Shown here one piece after another: positions 59,682 to 64,000 of a stretch of 64,000 nucleotides of DNA. Position 1 is the first letter of the stretch. Each line of letters starts with the position of its first letter. The DNA comes from Mobula hypostoma (taxonomy: Eukaryota), in the NCBI RefSeq assembly GCF_963921235.1, contig NC_086097.1:204726001-204790000 (forward strand), given 5' to 3'. The position numbers and the translations under genes were made by a program. The notes beneath the pieces were generated by a model, which ran no database searches, was not told the DNA's origin, and was given only the letters and a program-made list of their open reading frames with translations.

Positions 59682-61366
59682 GAAGTGCCAGAAAACGTCA
59701 CCATGTTACAACAGTCTGATCCTTTGTTAAATTCTCTGTTAACCAAGGTCTTAACCTCTGCTAATTACACCGCCCAGGTAGGTGGTTCAGTGTATGTCCT
59801 TCACAATGGCATCCTTTATCAAGGAGAAGAGCCAGGCAACAGGAGGTTAGTGGTGCCAAGTAGTTGCAGGTCACTTGTACTACACCTTGCACATACCATT
59901 TCCTGGGCAGGGCACTTAGGTCACCATAAGACACATCTCAGGCTGTCCTCTCGGTTCTTTTGGCCTTCAATGTACACTGATGTGCAGACATATTGCAAAA
60001 TGTACTCAGAGTGTCAAAAAAACCAGTGCTTTCCGTAAATCAGACCGAGCACCCCTCCAATCCATGCCCGTGATTACCACCCCATTTAAGTGGATTGCAA
60101 TGGACATTGTGGGGCCCCTGGAAAAAAAGCTCAGCAGGATATCAGTACATTCTTGTTGTATGTGATTATGCCACACGATTCCCTGAAGCTTTTCCTCTCC
60201 AGTCAGTAACCACTCCAAAACTGATCAGTGCTCTTGTCCAGCTCTTTTCTCGTGTAGGCATCCCGGAGGAAATCCTGACCGACCAGGGAACCAACTTTAC
60301 ATCTCGCCTGATGAGCCAGCTGCATAAGGAGTTGGGCCTACTTGTAATTTCCTCAAAAAATTGTAATAGGTTTGTCAGGCCTGATTTTCCTTTAAGGAAT
60401 CCATGCTGAGTTCTGCCTATCTTGTCATATGCCTCCAGGTACTCCGTAACCTCAACGGTTGCATCCTTTTTCCATTTGAAAATTTCTTCTTTTTTGGAAT
60501 ACACTTTTCTTGCACCTTCCTCACTTCTCACGTAATCTCCAGCCACTGCTGCTCTGCCGTCCTTCCCGCCAGTGTCCCTTTCCAGTCAACTTTGGCCAGT
60601 TCCTCTCTCATGCCACTATAATTTCCTTTACTCCACTGAAATACCGACACATCAGATTTCGGCTTCTCTTTTTCAAATTTCACAGTGAACTCAATCATGT
60701 TATGATCACAGCCTCCTAAGGGTTCCCTCACCTCAATCTCTCTAATCACCTCTGGTTCATTACACAATTCCCAATCCAGTACAGCCGATCCCCTAGTGGG
60801 CTCAACAACAAGCTGTTCTAAAAAGCCATCTCGTAGACATTCTACAAATTCTCTCTCTTGAGATCCAGTGCTGACCTGATTTTCCCAATCCACTCACATG
60901 TTAAAATCCCTCACAATTATCATAAAACTGCCCTTCTGACAAGCTTGTTCTATTTCCTGTTGTTATTTGTAGTCCACATTCCTGCCGCTGTTTGGAGGCT
61001 TGTATATAACTGCCATCAGGGTCCTTTTACCCCTGCGATTTCTTAGCTCAACCCATAAAGGTTCTGCACCTTCCCATCCTATATCACCTCTTTCTAATGA
61101 TTTAATATCATTTCTTACCAGTAAAGCCACACCTCCCCTCTGCCTATCTTCCTATCCTTCCGATACACCGTGTATCCTTGCACATTCAGCTCCCAGAGAC
61201 ATGCATCCTTTAGCCACGTCTCAGTGATGGCCACGATATCATACCTGCCAATCTGTAGCTGTACGACAAGATCATCAGCTTATTCCTTATGCTGCGTGCA
61301 TTTAAGTATAACATCTTAAAACCAGTATTTGGTACTTTTCGCTTTGATTTCACTGCAACTCATCCC

Positions 61367-61681
61367 TACAAAGGCATCCGTTAGTCTTGCGAGACCATGG
61401 ACCTGTGCCTGGAATGTCTTCACTCTCCAGGGTGCAGGCCTGGGCAAGGTTGTATTTAAGACCAGCAGTTGCCCATGCTGCAAGTCTCCCCTCTCCACGA
61501 CACCAATGTTGTCCAAGGGAAGGGCATTAGGACCCATACAGCTTGGTACCAGTGTCGTCGCAGAGCAATGTGTGATTAAGTGCCTTGCTCAAGGACACAA
61601 CACGCTCCCTTGGCTGGGGCTCAAATTCATGACCTTCAGGTCGCTAGTCCAATGCCTTAACCACTTGGCCACGTGCCCACA
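61367..61681 (-). mobile_element. tRNA-derived CORE-like SINE, full length
   Basis: 11-bp TSD caactcatccc (61356-61366 / 61682-61692); A box tggccaagtgg; homologous to 33162-33451. Confidence 0.9.
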
Positions 61682-62669
61682 CAACTCATCCCAATGGCTA
61701 CAAATTTGCCCCATCACCTGCCTGTCTTTCCTGACATCTTTACTGCTCTAGTCATCTCTTAGTCATCTGGATGTATTTTTTATCCAACTAGATATCAATT
61801 CTTCAATGTAGAATGGAAAAGCAGGAATACTGTAACCACCAAATTCAGTGAGAGATGAAGCTGATGTTCTCGTGTTTTCTTTTCCTTGTACTGTACGTGT
61901 AGAATCATTTCCCAAAAATACTGTTTTGATTGCATGTCCTAAAGTTGATTTTAATATCTGAAGTGTTATAGCGTGGATGGATTCTAGGTAGAAATACTGA
62001 GAGCAATTTTCGATTTTGTGCTGAAGAATCTTGTCTTTGAACAAGTTGGATCAAAGGTGAGGTACAATCAAAATACTGTAATAGGGTCATGTAGCCCTGA
62101 GAGTGCCCTATTTACGTTCATTGGTTTCCTTGATTAAATATTGTCTTGCAGTATGCAACCACTCTGATTCCTCAATTCAGAGAAAGTAGAGAATGATGGT
62201 AGTTACTTAACTGTTTGTCTTGTTATATTAATGCCACTTTTGTCTAAAGGTAGTGCACCTCTCGAGAGGTGAACACATAATGGTGAGCACCTAATGTAAT
62301 ACTGAATGAAGAGCTACTAGTCTGGCTGCACAATGGCAGGACCTGTTGTAAGAGGAGCACTTAGATTGAGCATGGATTCTCTAGTATTTAAGCAAAGAAT
62401 GAGGAAATCTCAAAGTAAGTTGTTAAAAGGCTTGGCAAGCTAGATGCAGGAGAACTGTTTCCCTGGCTAAGGAATCATGGATCAGGGATGCCAAGTGTTA
62501 GGCTATTTAGGACAGAGACTGGGACAAATTCCTTCACTCAGAGAGCAAATAGCTTTTGGAATTCTCTAACGCGGAAAACTGTGGCAACTCAGCTGAAATG
62601 TTTTGTAAAAACACAGGTTGATTTTTACTGAGGTAGAAGATGAGCTTGAAGAACTTGATGGCTAATTAT

Positions 62670-64000
62670 AAGACCATGAGATATAGGAACAGAAGTAGGC
62701 CATTCAGCCCATCGAGTCTGCTCCACCATTCAATTGTGGGCTGATCCAATTCTTCCAGTCATCCCCACTCCCCTGCCTTCACCCCATATCCTTTGAGGCA
62801 CTGGCTAATCAAGAACCTATCTATCTCTGCCTTAAGTGCAACCAATGACTTGGCCTCCATAGCCGCTCATGGCAACAGATTCTGCAGATTTACCTCCTTC
62901 TGACTAAAGTAATTTCTCTGCATCTCAGTTCTAAATGGATGTCCTTCAATCTTGAAGTCGGGCCCGCTTGTCCTAAAATCTCCTACCATGGGAAGTAACT
63001 TTGCCATATTTAATCTGTTCAGGCCTTTTAACATTCGAAATGTTTCTATGAGATCCCCCCTCATTCTCCTGAATTCCAGGGAATACAGCCCAAGAGCTGC
63101 CAGACATTTCTCATACAGTAATCCTTTCACTCCTGGAATCATTCCCGTGAATCTTCTCTAAACTCTCTCCAACATCAGTATACCCTTTCTAAGATAAGGA
63201 GCTCAAAACTGCACACAATACTCCAAGTGTGGTCTCACAAGTGCCTTATAGTGCCTCAACATCACATCCCTGCTCTTATATTCTATACGTCTAGAAATGA
63301 ATGCCAACATTGCATTTGCCTTCTTCACAACCGACTCATCCTGGAGGTCAATCTTTAAGGTATCTTGCACGAGGACTCTCAAGTTCTTTTGCATCTCTGC
63401 ATTTTGAATTCTCTCCCCATCTAAATAATAGTCTGCCCATTTATTTCTTCCACCAAATTGTTTGACTGCACACTGGTAAGCTGCAGCCAGCCATAATAGG
63501 ATCCCTTTATTCGCACCCTTTTCTGCTGACCAGCCAATGCTCCACCCATGCTAGTAACTTCCCTGTAATTCCATGGGCTCTTATCTTGCTAAGCAGCCTC
63601 ATGTGCAGCACTTTGTCAAAGGCCTTCTGAAAATCCAAGTACACCATGTCTACTGTATTTCCTTTATCTACCCTGCTTGTAATTTCCTTAAAGAATTGCA
63701 ATAGGTTTGTTAGGCAGAATTTTCTTTTCAGGAAACCATTCTGGCTTTGGCCTATCTTGTCGTGTGCCTCCAGGTACTCAATAATCTCATCCCTAACAAT
63801 CGATTCCAACAACTCCACAACCACTGATGTCAGGCTAACAGGTCTATAGTTTCCTTTCTGCTGCCTCCCACCTTTCTTAAATAGTGGAGTAATATTTGCA
63901 ATTTTCCAGTCTTTCAGTAGAATGCCAGAATCTATCGATTCTCGAAAGATCTTTGTTAATGCCTCTGCAATCTCTCCAACTACTTCCTTCAGAACCTGTG
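62670..64000 (-). mobile_element. CR1 LINE 3' half, runs off the window end
   Basis: ORFs 63507-63824 ([11 protein letters not shown]), 63203-63394 (LVRPHLEYCVQF), 62867-63142. Confidence 0.92.

Larger units (their letters stand above)
57753..60337 (+). mobile_element. Gmr1-like Gypsy LTR retrotransposon, 5' half only (LTR-PBS-gag[SCAN, CCHC]-PR-IN)
   Basis: 5' LTR 57753-58142 (TG..CA, TATAAA ~57955, AATAAA ~58060); integrase H2C2 and core (MDIVGPL, DYATRFPEA, ILTDQGTNFTS) directly follow the protease with no RT between. Confidence 0.95.
57143..61750 (-). mobile_element. CR1 LINE with internal deletions, host to a Gypsy element and a SINE
   Basis: ORF 57391-57729 [19 protein letters not shown] 60528-60893 APE C-terminal; (TCTTATGG)n-like tail at 57143. 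Confidence 0.9.

Overview
Eukaryotic, vertebrate-type non-coding DNA (intronic or intergenic), roughly two-thirds transposable-element relics. The repeat spectrum (dominant CR1 LINEs, Rex1/Babar and RTE LINEs, V-SINE-like and tRNA/CORE-like SINEs, Penelope-derived palindromes) suggests a cartilaginous fish, probably a ray; this is inference from repeat style only. No intact host gene or intact transposon ORF is recognisable, and most listed ORFs are fragments of LINE ORF2, Tc1 transposase or Gypsy gag/pol, or their antisense shadows. Contents: many nested CR1 copies (youngest 35288-38284), a full-length RTE with a 13-bp TSD (5858-9141), two near-complete Rex1/Babar LINEs, four Tc1-family elements, three Gypsy relics (including a very old fossil at 170-2240 and a SCAN-domain Gmr1-type element at 57753-60337), a solo LTR and a Penelope GIY-YIG remnant. 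Most notable: (1) a primer-binding site complementary to about 44-51 nt of tRNA-Leu, reaching the anticodon loop; (2) Penelope-derived palindromic inserts carrying minimal, dimer-type hammerhead ribozyme motifs; (3) composite non-autonomous transposons whose ends are 55-72 bp mini-MITE hairpins; (4) a 1.7-kb fold-back Tc1 with a templated patch copied from its neighbour; (5) a bipartite CTCF site and a few isolated candidate exons. All alignments and family assignments were made by eye; boundaries of degraded elements are approximate.
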